From Tubulanus polymorphus (Eukaryota; Animalia; Nemertea), in contig NC_134033.1 in NCBI RefSeq assembly GCF_964204645.1, positions 16,004,655-16,068,654 of the forward strand: a stretch of DNA of 64,000 nucleotides, read 5' to 3'. The notes under the pieces are model-generated. The model did no database searches. It saw only the letters and a program-made list of their open reading frames with translations, and was not told the DNA's origin. Shown here piece after piece: positions 51,645 to 64,000 of the stretch. The position numbers and the translations under genes are program-made. The stretch's first letter is position 1. Every line of letters begins with the position of its first letter.

Positions 51645-54600
51645 GGTAAGTTGGTAAGTATAGTGCTATGATAATGTAGAGATGTAGCTCTTTAAACTGA
51701 ATATAGAGGGCGTCTCCGCTCACTATTCTCTTTATTTTCTGTTGTGCGTTTATTTCGACAGCGAAGCGAAACTCAACGAAACGAACTCTCGAAACTTCAA
51801 CAAAATAAACAGAAAAAACGGTCGCCCAACGACGACGACGAACGCAAAAACGATAAACAAAAAAAACATAAACGTGTTTCATCCCCGCCGGTATGTGGTT
51901 GTTGTGGTATTGTTGTTGTTGTTGATTTGGTGTTGTGTGATTTTGTTTCGTTGTGAGCTTAACTTAATGGACAATTTCATTTTGATGAGTCGTCGCATCA
52001 CCGAAGTTGTCTCTATATTTTTTGAGTCTCAATTCGTATTTCTTCTCCAATTTACTAAGCGTAAGTCATCATTTGGATAAGTCCTCGACTTACGTAGGTT
52101 CCCCTGCGCCTCTAACCTTGCTTTCACTGCCCGCTTCATTCGTAGAGTAGCCTGGTGTTAACCTACTGTAGAATAAATACAACGAGATAGAGATTTTATA
52201 GGTTAACTTTTATTTGACGCACAAGCTTTTGATACTAGTGAATAGAAGCTTCATCAGGTGAATCAGTATAGTATGAAGCCACTATTTACACTAGTAGAAG
52301 CTAGTTAAACTAGTTAACCATTAAACTAGTTAACCATTAAACTAGTTAACCATTAAACTAGTTAACCATTAAACTTGTTAACCATTAAACTAGTTAACCA
52401 TTAAACTAGTTAACCATTAAACTAGTTAACCATTAAACTAGTTAACCATTAAACTAGTTAACCATTAAACTAGTTAACCATTAAACTTGTTAACCATTAC
52501 GTTACTATTTGTCTCGTTGTATTTGGCCGCTTTTTGTATGTTCTATATTCATTAGTTTTATTCTTCTGCATTTTCTATTTTGATCAAATGCCGAAAATGA
52601 TTTGAAAAGTTCTTGAATCGATTTATTTACGTATTTTGTTAGTTGATCGAAGCTCGCGATGATTCGGGGTTACGAGCGGAATCCTCGGTCGCCGCGGCTG
52701 CGGTTAGGTCGCCCCGCGTCGCCGCCTCCACTGGGAGTAATAAACAGCAGAAACGAGACGTCGTCGATCACCGCAGCAGCGGCGCCGCCTATCAGCAACA
52801 AACGGCAAAATCGACTCCGAAGATCGTAGAACAGCCTCCGTCGTCGCAGGCGAGCGAACCGGGTGAAACTGACGAGGAAGAGACAGGTAACAGGGTCCAT
52901 ACTATTCCTTAACTCCTTCAAAACAGAGAATACATTTAGACGTGCTTGAAATTCCTTTAATTTGAGCAAAATGCTGAAAAACTTCAATTTTGAGAAATAG
53001 GCAACTTAGCAAAGTCGGTCTTCTAGGATTTAAGACAAAAAATGACTTAAGACTAGACTTATTTTAAGTCTCGACTATGGAACCGGCCCCTGATACTTTA
53101 GTAGTTATACTTTAGACTAAGCGTAAGTCAGTACAGTTGGAATCAGGATATTTTTCTTACCCAATCAGGTGGTTACCGAATTAGAAACAGAGTTCATGTT
53201 GTGTTAAGGATAGAAATTTGCTAACTCAAACCACTAGATAAACAATTTACCGAGATAAACAGTACCAATTTATGAGGAGTCTACAGTAATTGGGATTTGA
53301 AAGTGATGCAGACACTTCCTTGAAATTTTCTCCTCGAAAGCTCCTTATATCGAGGAATGACCGATCTTTAGGGGCCCCGATAATATGGTAAAATCGAATG
53401 TCATGAAGAGTGAAATCGTTTTTGTGAATTGTCAATTACAGAAATTCGCGAAGAGTTAGAAGCGTTACAACACAGAGGTACAATACGTATCTTATACTAA
53501 AAAAAAACAACTCATCGTGAACTCACCTTGAAAAACAACTCATCTCTTCATTAATAATAACTCTTACTAATACATGTATTGATTTATTTTGATGTAATTT
53601 ATGATTTGATTATCTATCTATTATCCATCTTCCTCTGGCGGGGATTCAAACCTGATGGCATCGCTACACTCAGCCACGGCACAAAACCATTCCACACTAG
53701 ACTGGGTGTGCACGAAACTTGCGCCACCAATCAGATCGTGCGTTGTATAATCGCTGAGGCAAATTTCACGGAAAACTATACATGGTAAAATGTGGTGCTA
53801 AAATAAATCAGGATTTCTGATTGGCTAATGATAAGCTGCGCACTCGGTCTAGTGTGGCAGGGTTTCGTACCGTGGCAAGTCTAAATTCAATCAGGTTCGA
53901 ATTCCTGCCTGGTGGAGGATGCTATTATGCAATAACCTTATAACTGTTTACCACGTATTTAGTAGTTTCCCTAATGAAATTGATTTTATTATGAAATCAA
54001 AGGTAGTTGAAAACTTAATTGTATATTTAAACGTTAAATCACACTCTTTCTTATTATTATTATTATACTAACTTTGAATTTAAATGATTGTATAAGAGGT
54101 TTTGATTTGATGTATATTTATTTCTCTGTAGAACTGGAAGGAGCTTATGGAACAGCAGCATTCAGTACATTAGGCAGAAGTGCAGAGTGAGTAAAACATC
54201 TTCACTTATCAGTGTTAGAACAGGTTTCAACTTATAGACTATGGAATCACGCGTGAGGGGGATAAGGGGGTAGTCCAGGGGAAGTCCTGGATGGATCAAA
54301 CATCGGTGACCAATCACACGGTCATCGCTTTAAGATTTAAGACCAGTCTTTGACCATCCTAGTTCTATTTCCAATCTAACTACTAAAGACCGGTCTAAGA
54401 CCACGTTAGTTCTACGGCCAATCTAACAACTGAAGATCGGTCTAAGCTCATTCTGGTTCTATGATCAATCTAAAAACTTAAGACCAGTGTAAGATCCTCT
54501 TACCGGTAGTCCTTTAGACGAGCTTACAACAACTTTTGAGATTTAAGACAACTTTTGGACGACTGGGCCCTGAATTTCTCTTGAAATATGAGGAGAGAAC

Positions 54601-57600
54601 AATATAATGAAATTGTTCGATTTTCATTTATTAAACCGTTGATTACAGATTGAGTTATACGACCGACGATTTGGTCGGAACGTTGATTCGCGGAGCGCGA
54701 CTTCAACAACATCTACGCAAAGACCCGAACATTCTGCAGGGAATGAAAGGCGAACTGTTGGATTTGTTGCGAGATCAGTTGGACGAACGCGGTATCACGC
54801 CCGATACGACCGGTATCAGCAACGTCGTGCTCAACAATAAACTAGACTTACTGGACAAAGAGAGGCAGCTGTTGTCGAAGGTATTTATCTCGGTGTTCTC
54901 CTTACGCCGGAATTTCAATCAAAGGGGCCGCATTTCAACTGCAGGCTGGGCTGCATTCATTGTTGAAGGATTTCAACTGCAGGCCGGGCTGCATTCATTG
55001 TTGAAGGATTTCAACTGCAGGCCGGGCTGCATTCATTGTTGAAGGATTTCAACTGCAGGCCGGGCTGCATTCATTGTTGAAGGATTTCAACTGCAGGCCG
55101 GGCTGCATTCATTGTTGAAGGATTTCAACTGCAGGCCGGGCTGCATTCAATGTTGAAGGATTTCAACTGCAGGCCGGGCTGCATTCAATGTTGAAGGATT
55201 TCAACTGCAGGCCGGGCTGCATTCAATGTTGAAGGATTTCAACTGCAGGCCGGGCCGCATTCATTGTTGAAGGATTTCAACTGCAGGCCGGGCTGCATTC
55301 ATTGTTGAAGGATTTCAACTGCAGGCTGGGCTGCATTCAATGTTGAAGGATTTCAACTGCAGGCCGGGCTGCATTCAATGTTGAAGGATTCTGTAATTCT
55401 GTAAATTCGACCGCCGATCACACAATTATATCTGTACTTCGATTCCCGATTTAAAAATCGAACCCCCTGTTTCGCTCCCGGCAGGAGTGATGGATTTGTA
55501 AGGGAAACCAAATCAAATCCAAAATCAAATGAAATCTACCAATTAGATAAATAACAGGGTCAACCTTATTCTAAGATCGAAAAAAGCCCTAAGTACAAAA
55601 CGATGCTTTTAGGGTAGATTCCCCCTATGATGTCTCGTATCTCATAGACAAATTATGATTCGTTTCTAATTCGTCGATTGACGTTTTCGATTTCCGTAGA
55701 AATATAAGAAGTTTACGGAGATTCGATATCAATACGAGAAACGAGTCGATCGGCTCGCTCACGAGCAAATCAACCGCGATAAACTTAAACAACAATCGTC
55801 GCCGGCGCCGAATCGCAGTCCGCCGTCGCCGAGGAAGAGTACCGGCACACCGAAACACAGTCCGAACGTCGCGAGAAAGAGTCCGCGATCTCCGTTACGT
55901 CGTAGCGCGCCAGAGGGCAGCACCGAATTACCGCGACCAGCGCCGCGAACTTCTCAAACCATGTCGACTGAGGCGTAAGTTTTAGTTACCGGGTTACTGA
56001 TGATGTCATAGGGTGATTCGCGGAGGCGGCCATGTTTAAAAATGTTGGTCGCGTATTTTTAGGTCGACGCTCCCGACCGGTAGTCAGTGGGATACCGAAG
56101 ATGAAACTGATGATGAAAGCGATGCCGAGGATGCATCGGCCGCTATTGGTAGTAAATCGGCAGCTGCAGGTGCGACCGGCGGTACGTGGCCTCGTCGCGG
56201 AGGACCTCAATATCCGGTTATCGATATGAGACCGAGAGCGAAGTCTGATAATGAGGACAGCGAGTGGGACAGCGAGGATATCAGGTACGTAAACATGGCA
56301 CCAATCAGCACCCAGTCCTACAGTTCTCAGCCAATCAGTACCCAGTCCTACAGTTCTCAGCCAATCAGCCCCCAGTCCTACAGTTCTCAGCCAATCAGCA
56401 CTCAGTTCCATAGTCCTCAGCCCAATCAGCACCCGGTCCTACAGTTCTCAGCCAATCAGCACTCAGTTCCATAGTCCTCAGCCCAATCAGCACCCGGTCC
56501 TACAGTTCTCAGCCAATCAGCACTCAGGACCATAGTCCTCAGCCCAATCAGCACCCAGATCTTTAATTCTTTACTTAGTTTTACTTATAACTTTGGACCC
56601 AGCCCCGGGTCAGTTTTCCTTTGTGATTCGATCCTATGGTTCGGATATTTTCTGCAGTGCCAGTTATGAAATGTTTATAAAATTATTATTTGACGCAGTG
56701 AACTCCAAGAGAAAAATCCTTCAACGAAACATTCAAATTTGACGCAACCGAAAAATTCGTCGGTTACTGAATTGAGTCGTTCGATTGAAGCTCAGTTACA
56801 GGTGAGTAGCGTTTCAGGGGTTAGGGCGGTGTTAGTTCTCTCTCATCAGAATATTGTAATTGATGCGGTGTGTTGTTTATTTTGAAGAATCGTACCGGTA
56901 AGAGTAAACCGACCGGAGCGGTTGATACCGTACCTCAGAATAATGTGTCGACTACCGCTGCCGCTGCTGCTGCTGCAGCTGCAACTAGACCGACCACTAC
57001 TAATCCTCAATCAAAAAATCATTATAAGGTAAATATCGTATTGAAATACAAACTGGTCTCTCAGTATGCCGGGATTTCAGAGGGGCTGAATTTATTCTTT
57101 AGTCTTACATCATGCACGTCGAATGCTAAGTTTTTGGAACATCGAAATTTATGATTTATTTTATCTAAATCTCTTACTTTATGTTGCTACTGTATGTTTT
57201 AAGCAATGATAGAACATTGAGAATGGAACATTAATATTAACTCAATTCATGTAAAGGTGCAGCAGAGTTCTGAACAGGGGTGGCTTATTTTCATAGGGGT
57301 GTATGTAAAATTGACAGGCCAGGGTACTACCACCCCTTGAGAAATGCTGAAGTCAGTTATTAATTTGACTCAAATTGATTCACCGATATTATTTTGCAGT
57401 TTGATTTTGACGATGACGATGATGATTTGTCCTTGTCGATTTCCTCTTTACAAGACCAACCGAAACCAGCTCCGAGGTCAGTAAAATATCAGAAATGTCG
57501 AAAGTTTATTAAGCTGTTAGTCGGGTCTAGGAATGATTGTGAATTGTTTTATTTTCGTAGGCCGAATATCCCGAGTCGCAGTACGCAGGCCGATACTGAA

Positions 57601-57942
57601 TTATCGAACACGTACGGCACCAGTTTATGGGGTTCAACGTCAAAAGGTTTGTATAGATTTGTATAATCTCGCATGCTGGTCATGCACATGTTTGTTTACG
57701 CTATCTGAATTCTGTTGTTTTGAAATCTTTCTTTATCATTACGTGATTCGATGAAAAATGAATGAACTGTTACTTGTTCTTGGGAATCTGTGAAACATGG
57801 AAAATCACAGAAGGGGATTTCTTAATGGGTGAAAAGTTTCATAGTTTTCGTCCTTATGAATTTTTCAGGAATTGCGAATCCGAAAAGTTCAGTCAGCATA
57901 ACCGACTGGGACTCGGACTTAGATCTGGACGATCTTCAGTGA
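46278..57942 (+). CDS. DZIP1: DAZ-interacting zinc finger protein 1 / Iguana-like ciliary protein, multi-exon
   Basis: FKKRVDRIDWRKIAAIDVDRISRELDFNTLQENIMNLTFC, LKLFKMAQLTIEYLLHSQ, C2H2 finger CPFCQKAFLSSSFLQSHIVRRH, coiled coils and an acidic C-terminus. The first coding exon is ATG only. Confidence 0.88.
50858..51275. repeat. Minisatellite (cttagacagctctatctcagacagctgtc)
   Basis: Visible tandem units. Confidence 0.85.
52310..52499. repeat. 16-bp tandem repeat (aaactagttaaccatt)
   Basis: Visible tandem units. Confidence 0.9.
53626..53921. mobile_element. Inverted twin tRNA-like repeat element; related copies at 47727-47876 and about 7902-8045
   Basis: Termini catc(c/t)tcc...ggaggatg. Each arm carries A-box-like gtctagtgtgg and B-box-like ggttcgaat(t/c)cc motifs. 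Confidence 0.6.
54932..55390. repeat. 38-bp minisatellite (atttcaactgcaggccgggctgcattcattgttgaagg), about 12 copies
   Basis: Highly homogeneous tandem units. Confidence 0.9.
56299..56556. repeat. About 30-bp minisatellite (ccaatcagcacccagtcctacagttctcag)
   Basis: Visible tandem units just downstream of a DZIP1 donor. Confidence 0.85.
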
Positions 57943-59468
57943 GATATCTGCCGTCAGACGATATTAGTGTCTACACTACCCGCTAGAGGGGGTTATAGTT
58001 GATATATAGGTCGCTGGTTCGATCTCGATATTTGTAAGAATTTTATAGTTTTACTACTTAAAACAATGTACGTTTTGTTGATTAGATTCCTCACTGCAGT
58101 AAGCAGGGGCCGATTGAGAGAATGGCTCGGGAGGGGGGTCCGGACTCATGCCTTCTCATTGATACAGCCTCATTCTACAGATTCGTTCTCGGTATTTTTG
58201 CCAACTAGATTTTAGATATATTTGTCCCCTGAACCCAGTTGCACAGTCGTGACTTAAGTCCAAAATTGGTCTTAAATCTTAAGATTGGTCTTAAGTTGTT
58301 AGATTGGCTATAGAACTGAGTTTGTCTTAGAATGGTCTTAAGTCATGACTATGCAACTGACCCCTGAACTTGTAGCCTGTGGTGAACATGGATTTTTAGT
58401 AGAATTTTATACTTGTCTGTCCATAAAAATTTGATTGTTTGAATATTTTTCTCATGATGGCACGCTGTCAGTTGAATGAAATAAAACTACTTAATTTATC
58501 TTAAGAGACCTGAGCCCGATTGCACAGTGGTGACTTGAGTCCAAAAGTGGTCTTAAATCTGAAAACTAATCTAGATTGGCTATATGAAACTAAGGTGGTC
58601 TTAGATCTGAGTCACGTCTGTGTAAATGGCCTCAGCTAGAGTTAGTCACTCATATAGCGTCATTTTCAAATCAACAGATATAAATACGTAGAATAGAAAT
58701 AAAGATAATTGTAGCGTTTTGTAATTAGTTAAATAGATGACCCCGAATATTACTAACTGAGCCTAAATCTGTAAATAAAACTAGTCAAAAACTAATGATC
58801 ACGTTTTTAGCCATAACTCGAGAATTTCAAGATTTGTACGTAGTTTATATTTATAATAAACAAATTAACATAAAATTCTTCTGTCTCGGTCGTGGATTAT
58901 TTAGCGTCGGTCTTTCTTTCTCGAGAAACTCGACGACAAGAGCTGGTCACATCACAGGGGCTCGTAGTTGAATTTTTTGGGGTCAACTGTAGCTTATATC
59001 ATCCAGTATCCCAGACCCAAGTCAGAACAGATCAACTTGGATTACCATTCATAACTGATCAACTCGGTGCTTCCTTAATTTCGCCAAATCCTTACTGCTA
59101 CAATCCATGAATTAATCAACCCAAACCATTAGGAAGAAGACAACAGTTCATTATTTACATATCTTATCATAATTTATTCATAAATTTTTGGCACGTGCGT
59201 GCCACCAGCAATTGCACTTAGACTTCCCACCCTCGTCGTCCTTAATATCAGGATCTTACAGATCGGGGAATCCGAAATTCCCAGGTATTTCTCTCTGACC
59301 CTTTACCAAAGATTAAAACATCATCAATCTAGGGCAAGAAACTATGAATCACTGATTATCTCTGATTTATCTATATTCCAGATTAAATACACGAGTTCAT
59401 TCTGTAATTGAAATAATCACTGATATCATCATGAAATACACAACAGGCAGCGGCGGTGTTCATTTCAT

Positions 59469-62400
59469 TCATCTTTTACTCGTCAGTTGAATTCGTAGAT
59501 TTTGAATTTTTTCCGCTAACGGTCGATTTTGAGCGCCGCATTTTGAGAAAATGTATTGAAGATCTTCGTCGCTTTTCTGTTGAAACGCGAAGTCAATGGC
59601 AGCCTCTAAATCACTGAAAAACAGACGAAACAAACAACGCATTGAATACAATACTTTATCAATAAAAGGTTTAACAATGGAACCTGCACCTCTCCAGACT
59701 AGTAGTATGAAAAGTGGACGATCAATTTATGAAAGTTTGCTGATACAATGTCTAATGTCTGGTGTTTGTAGTTCATTTTCAACTAAAAAGGTCTTAAGTG
59801 AAGCACTGAACACATGTGAAGTGTGGATGATCAGTTTTTGAAAGTGCGCTGATAAAATGTTAAATGTCTGGTGTTTGTAGTTCATTTTCAATTAATAATG
59901 TCTCTAGAAGTGTTGATGATAAAACATTATGTAGTCCAGACAACTGCAGATTTTAATAACTGCGAACTCACTTCATTTTGACGAGACATCTCGCACGTTT
60001 CTCCGGAACGACCTTCTGCAGATATTTCTCAGCTTCGCGTTTTTGATCGTATTTCATACAGACTTCGATAAACGGCTGAAACGAGCGGAGAAAAAACACC
60101 CGATCACAAATTCCCGTTTCCGGCCAGAAATATTCACACTGACTCGCGTACCTCGTAACCAATCGGTGATTTTTTACTCTTGGAGAATTTCTCGAGTTCA
60201 GCCCAGTCGCCGACTTCGGCTAGAGCCATGATCTTTAACCACCAGAATCTGAAATCGAAAACACAGGACGAGAAAATGTAATCGCCGCGCGTGATGATAG
60301 TTTTAGGTGTAACAGAACTGCGACAAGGAGAGCTTTAAATCTGCATTGTTGTTCAAGTGGTGAAGAGGCACAACTGAGAAAACAGTTTCTAGTTCCACTG
60401 TTTAGGACAACTTCCACAGTTCTGGATTCAGTTCCACAGTTCTGGAACCAGTTCTTCAGTTCTGGACCCAGTTCCACAGTTCTGAACCCAGTTCCACAGT
60501 TCTGGATTCAGTTCCACAGTTCTGGACCCAGTTCTTCAGTTCTGGACCCAGTTCCACAGTTCTGCACCCAGTTCCACAGTTCTGGATTCAGTTCCACAGG
60601 TTCTGGATCCAGTTCCACCGTTCTGGACCCAGTTCTACAGTTTGGAACCCAATTCCACAGTTCAAGACCCAGTTCCACAGTTCAGAACCCAGTTACACAG
60701 TTCAGGACCCAGTTACACAGTTCAGGACCCAGTTACACAGTTCAGGACCCAACACGAACAATTTCCCCAAAAATACATATGTCCCACATACCTGGGCTGA
60801 TTAAGCCAGAAATCTAAACCCACTTCAACTACTCACCTCCGATCCGGGACTTTAAATTCTTTACGTAGCTGTTCAGCGAGTTTATGATTATTCTCTTTGA
60901 ACAGTTGACCGATCATATCATGTACGGATAAATCTAAATAAGTTCGATGCAACTCTTCCTCAGCTCGGCGCTGATATTTCAACAGTTTAACCTGTTCTTC
61001 CGTTTGCTACGCGTTAAAGATAAAATTAATGGACACAAAATTACCGTAATCATTTGACCATAAAGTCAAAACCTCGGAGAAATTACGGTAATCTATCTTG
61101 AGTTTTGAACTTACTTTAGCAGCGAAATCGTCTCTAGCTTTCGTAAACGATTCGTTCGCCGAATTCAAACACGAAATTCTCGCGTCCAATCTCTACAAAT
61201 CATAGAAACTGATTCAGTGATAGATTTACCCCGACCCCTTGAATGGATAGATTTACTCCTGTACCCAGCCCTGTGAGAAAGAACCGTCTATTGCAGCTGT
61301 CAATCAGCTGCGCGTACCCACCCCCTCGGGCTGATAGCTGCGTATGTTTAACTGCGACCCCATGTCTTACCTCTTCACTGTAACTCTCTATTATTCTACA
61401 AGCCGCCTCTTCCACGTAATTATCTTCCTGGTAATATAAATCTTGTAACATCTTCGGATTTTGTTGCCGACAGTACTGAAAGTTTTAAGGGTATTATTCA
61501 AAACTAACTCGCGACACAATTCCACAGTTTTGCACTTTTGGAACAGTTTAACTCACGAATTGAAACGCGTTCATTTTCAATTTAAGAATGAAATCTGAAC
61601 CGGAACTGTGCAACCCGTATAACCAGAGATTACCAGACTGTTAAATGTGATTGGTTGGTGAGTTACCTGCTGGTATAACCCGTACGCGACCGGGTGATCT
61701 CTGATTGACATTAAAAACTCCGATAGAGGTAAACTATCCTTCAGATGCAGCAGTACAGTGTAAACTGAAATACACAGAAAACTTAGGAAATGAGAATTTA
61801 CAATACATGGTTACAGTTATAAAAGTTCAGAACCCTGTTTCAAATTTCCACAGCTGCGGAACTGGATCCTGAACTTAAGAACTGGGAACCGCGGAACTTG
61901 GTTTCTGCTGGCTTTGAAACTTACCCAAGTCACTATCACCGCTTTCAATGCCTTTCAACATCGCCAGTTTATATCGATCCAATCGCATCAATAACGGAAC
62001 CTGTTCGGCGGCTTTCGGCTCAAAATCTAAAAGCTAAACGTTCGAACAAATATTAGACAAGAATCAGTCTGTGGTTCCACCAGGTTATTCTGTATATGTG
62101 TTTACCCTGATGGCTAAATCTTTGCGGTGGAAGTCGATGGCTTTATTCGCGATCTCGCAGTACGACACGCCCGGAGTGTCTCCTAATTTATTCGCGATCG
62201 CCTGAGCGATCTGTTCATCGGGGACGTCCGTCTGCTGCACCTAGAAAATCAATACTCAATTCGTTATTCAACCCCAATCTGAGATCTCTTGAAAATCATT
62301 TCAATATTCTTTAAATATGATTTCAATATTCACTACAACAAAAGAATCTCCCTTAGTAAATAATCCCAACAACAAAAACAAATCCCAACTCTACCGATTA

Positions 62401-64000
62401 AGGCAAAGTTCATGTACAAAAAAACTAGAAAACAATCTCTAATTGCCTATTTCTCAAAATTGAAGGATTTTTAAAGGAGTTTCAGGCATTTTGCTCAAAT
62501 TAAAGGAGTTTCAAGCACCTTCAAAAGCATTTTGCCTTTAGAATGAGTCTTTACGGAATTGAGAAGTCACAGGGACCATGTGAATTTAAAGAAGACTCTT
62601 TTTCGTAAGGCATTCTATTTACTGGTAGATCGTATTTCACTCGTTACTTTACCTTAAAACAGGCCCAATGAGCCAGAATACGACTAGCACCTTCCCGTTC
62701 GGGTATTTTCTGATATTGACATATTTTAATCGCCAGATAATACTGACGTCTATAGATTAATCTGTCGATCAGAACTCGCATCGTTAACTGTTGAAATCTA
62801 TAGGAAACCGGCGTTAAGGAACAAAAGCACAAAACAGTGGACTCTGTTTAACCCAGGAGTCGATTACCTCTATCACGTGCCCCGGACTCTGTTTAACCCA
62901 GGAGTCGATTACCTCTGATCATCACGTGCCCCAGACTCTGTTTACCCCGGGGTCGATTACCTCTGATCATCACGTGCCCCCGGACTCTGTTTACCCAGGA
63001 GTCGATTACCTCTATCACGTGCCCCGGACTCTGTTTACCCCAGAGTTTGATTACCTCTGATTATCGCGTGCCCCCGGAATCTGTTTACAATGGAGTTGAT
63101 TGCCCTGCCTGACAATATAATACACATTTCCACACTCCAATTTAGAGTATTAACGACCCATCCCTGCTCCGTCTGCCCTGGAATTCATGAACCGGAGAGA
63201 CCCGAGGTAAGCTGAGGCTGCTGTAATTCTTTGTGTCACCCACGGAACAGGGAGGAGGGTTGTTTATGTATAAAGGATACTGATTGAACGTCAGCGGAAT
63301 TCCGATAGTGTAATCTCGGATCGCGTTTAATACGCGCAACGTCTGACACATGTTCACGAACGATTCCGGTCGCATATCGGTCAAAAAACATTTACCGAAC
63401 GACGCCGCCTGAAAATAAACGACATCTTTCCGAAAACATGGCGACCAACAATAAATTCCCGAATGACATCATTAAACTGCCCTTTTGCTCGACCTACCGG
63501 TATCGTAAATTCTAACGAGAAATTTTAACACACAAAATTTCCCGAGTGAATCAGAGAAATTTCTAGGTTTAAAAAGTTACAATTCATTCCATTCTAATTG
63601 AATCACGTATTGATAAAGAAACACAAGGTCAATAACGTTAACCATAGCATTATCCAAACTCCCTAAGTTTTCCAGGTATTTTAGGAAAATTTGTCAAATT
63701 TCCTGAGCTTTCCCCGATTTTATCTAGATTTTTCAGGATTCCCTGAGTTTTCCAGGTCAGCGGTGCCACCCGCCGTATTTTTTTATTCAGAATTCAAGTA
63801 AAATCGACGAATTAAATTTCAGATGAAGTCGGTCCACGTTACCTTCAGGAGACTTTTCTGTCTAGACGTATTGAATTCCTGTCCGCCTGCTTCGATACAC
63901 TCGTCTACGGCGACGTCTAAACGGTCTTTGATCATACGGATGTAATCATCGGCGTGTTGACTTTTACGCTGGAACTGCTTCGACGCTTCGTACAACATCG
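59469..64000 (-). CDS. VPS16: Vacuolar protein sorting 16 (HOPS/CORVET); 5' part lies outside the window
   Basis: [43 protein letters not shown] and [31 protein letters not shown]. Confidence 0.92.
62798..63280 (-). other. U12-type (minor spliceosome) GT-AG intron in VPS16
   Basis: 5' splice site GTATCCTTT, branch site TTCCTTAAC at 62821-62813 lying 14 nt before the end of the intron, and the frame is restored across it (TFNQ|FQQL). Confidence 0.9.

Noticed and set aside
52905-52927. U12-like branch site TTCCTTAAC followed by CAG in a DZIP1 intron
   Set aside because: There is no U12 5' splice site upstream, and it lies only about 20 nt from a U2 donor.
55986-56474. Repeat-containing ORFs (ADWLRTVGLG; SYSSQPISTQ)
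   Set aside because: They read through an intronic minisatellite beyond the DZIP1 donor at about 56285.

Overview
Gene-dense, intron-rich genomic DNA from an invertebrate animal; the species cannot be determined from the sequence. I reconstructed genes by hand from GT-AG exons. In order: an MSRB3-like methionine-R-sulfoxide reductase (-), a secreted two-Ig-domain protein (+), two tandem intronless class-A GPCRs (+) with a small coiled-coil ORF between them, an SLC16/MCT transporter (-), a GPI-anchored Ly6/three-finger protein (-), a decayed LINE 3' end, ATP6AP2 (+) with an antisense Ly6 exon in its last intron, MCCC1 (-) head-to-head with DZIP1 (+), and the 3' part of VPS16 (-) with a U12 intron. 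The top finding is that the MsrB gene has two intact, in-phase, alternative terminal exons. Each encodes the catalytic half of the enzyme; one ends in ER-retention KDEL and the other in HTTV. Other notable items are gene-conversion mosaicism in the GPCR pair, 42-44 bp hairpin micro-transposons with 7-bp target-site duplications, degenerate Penelope-type hammerhead remnants, and back-to-back tRNA-like elements. All calls are by eye, with no database searches.
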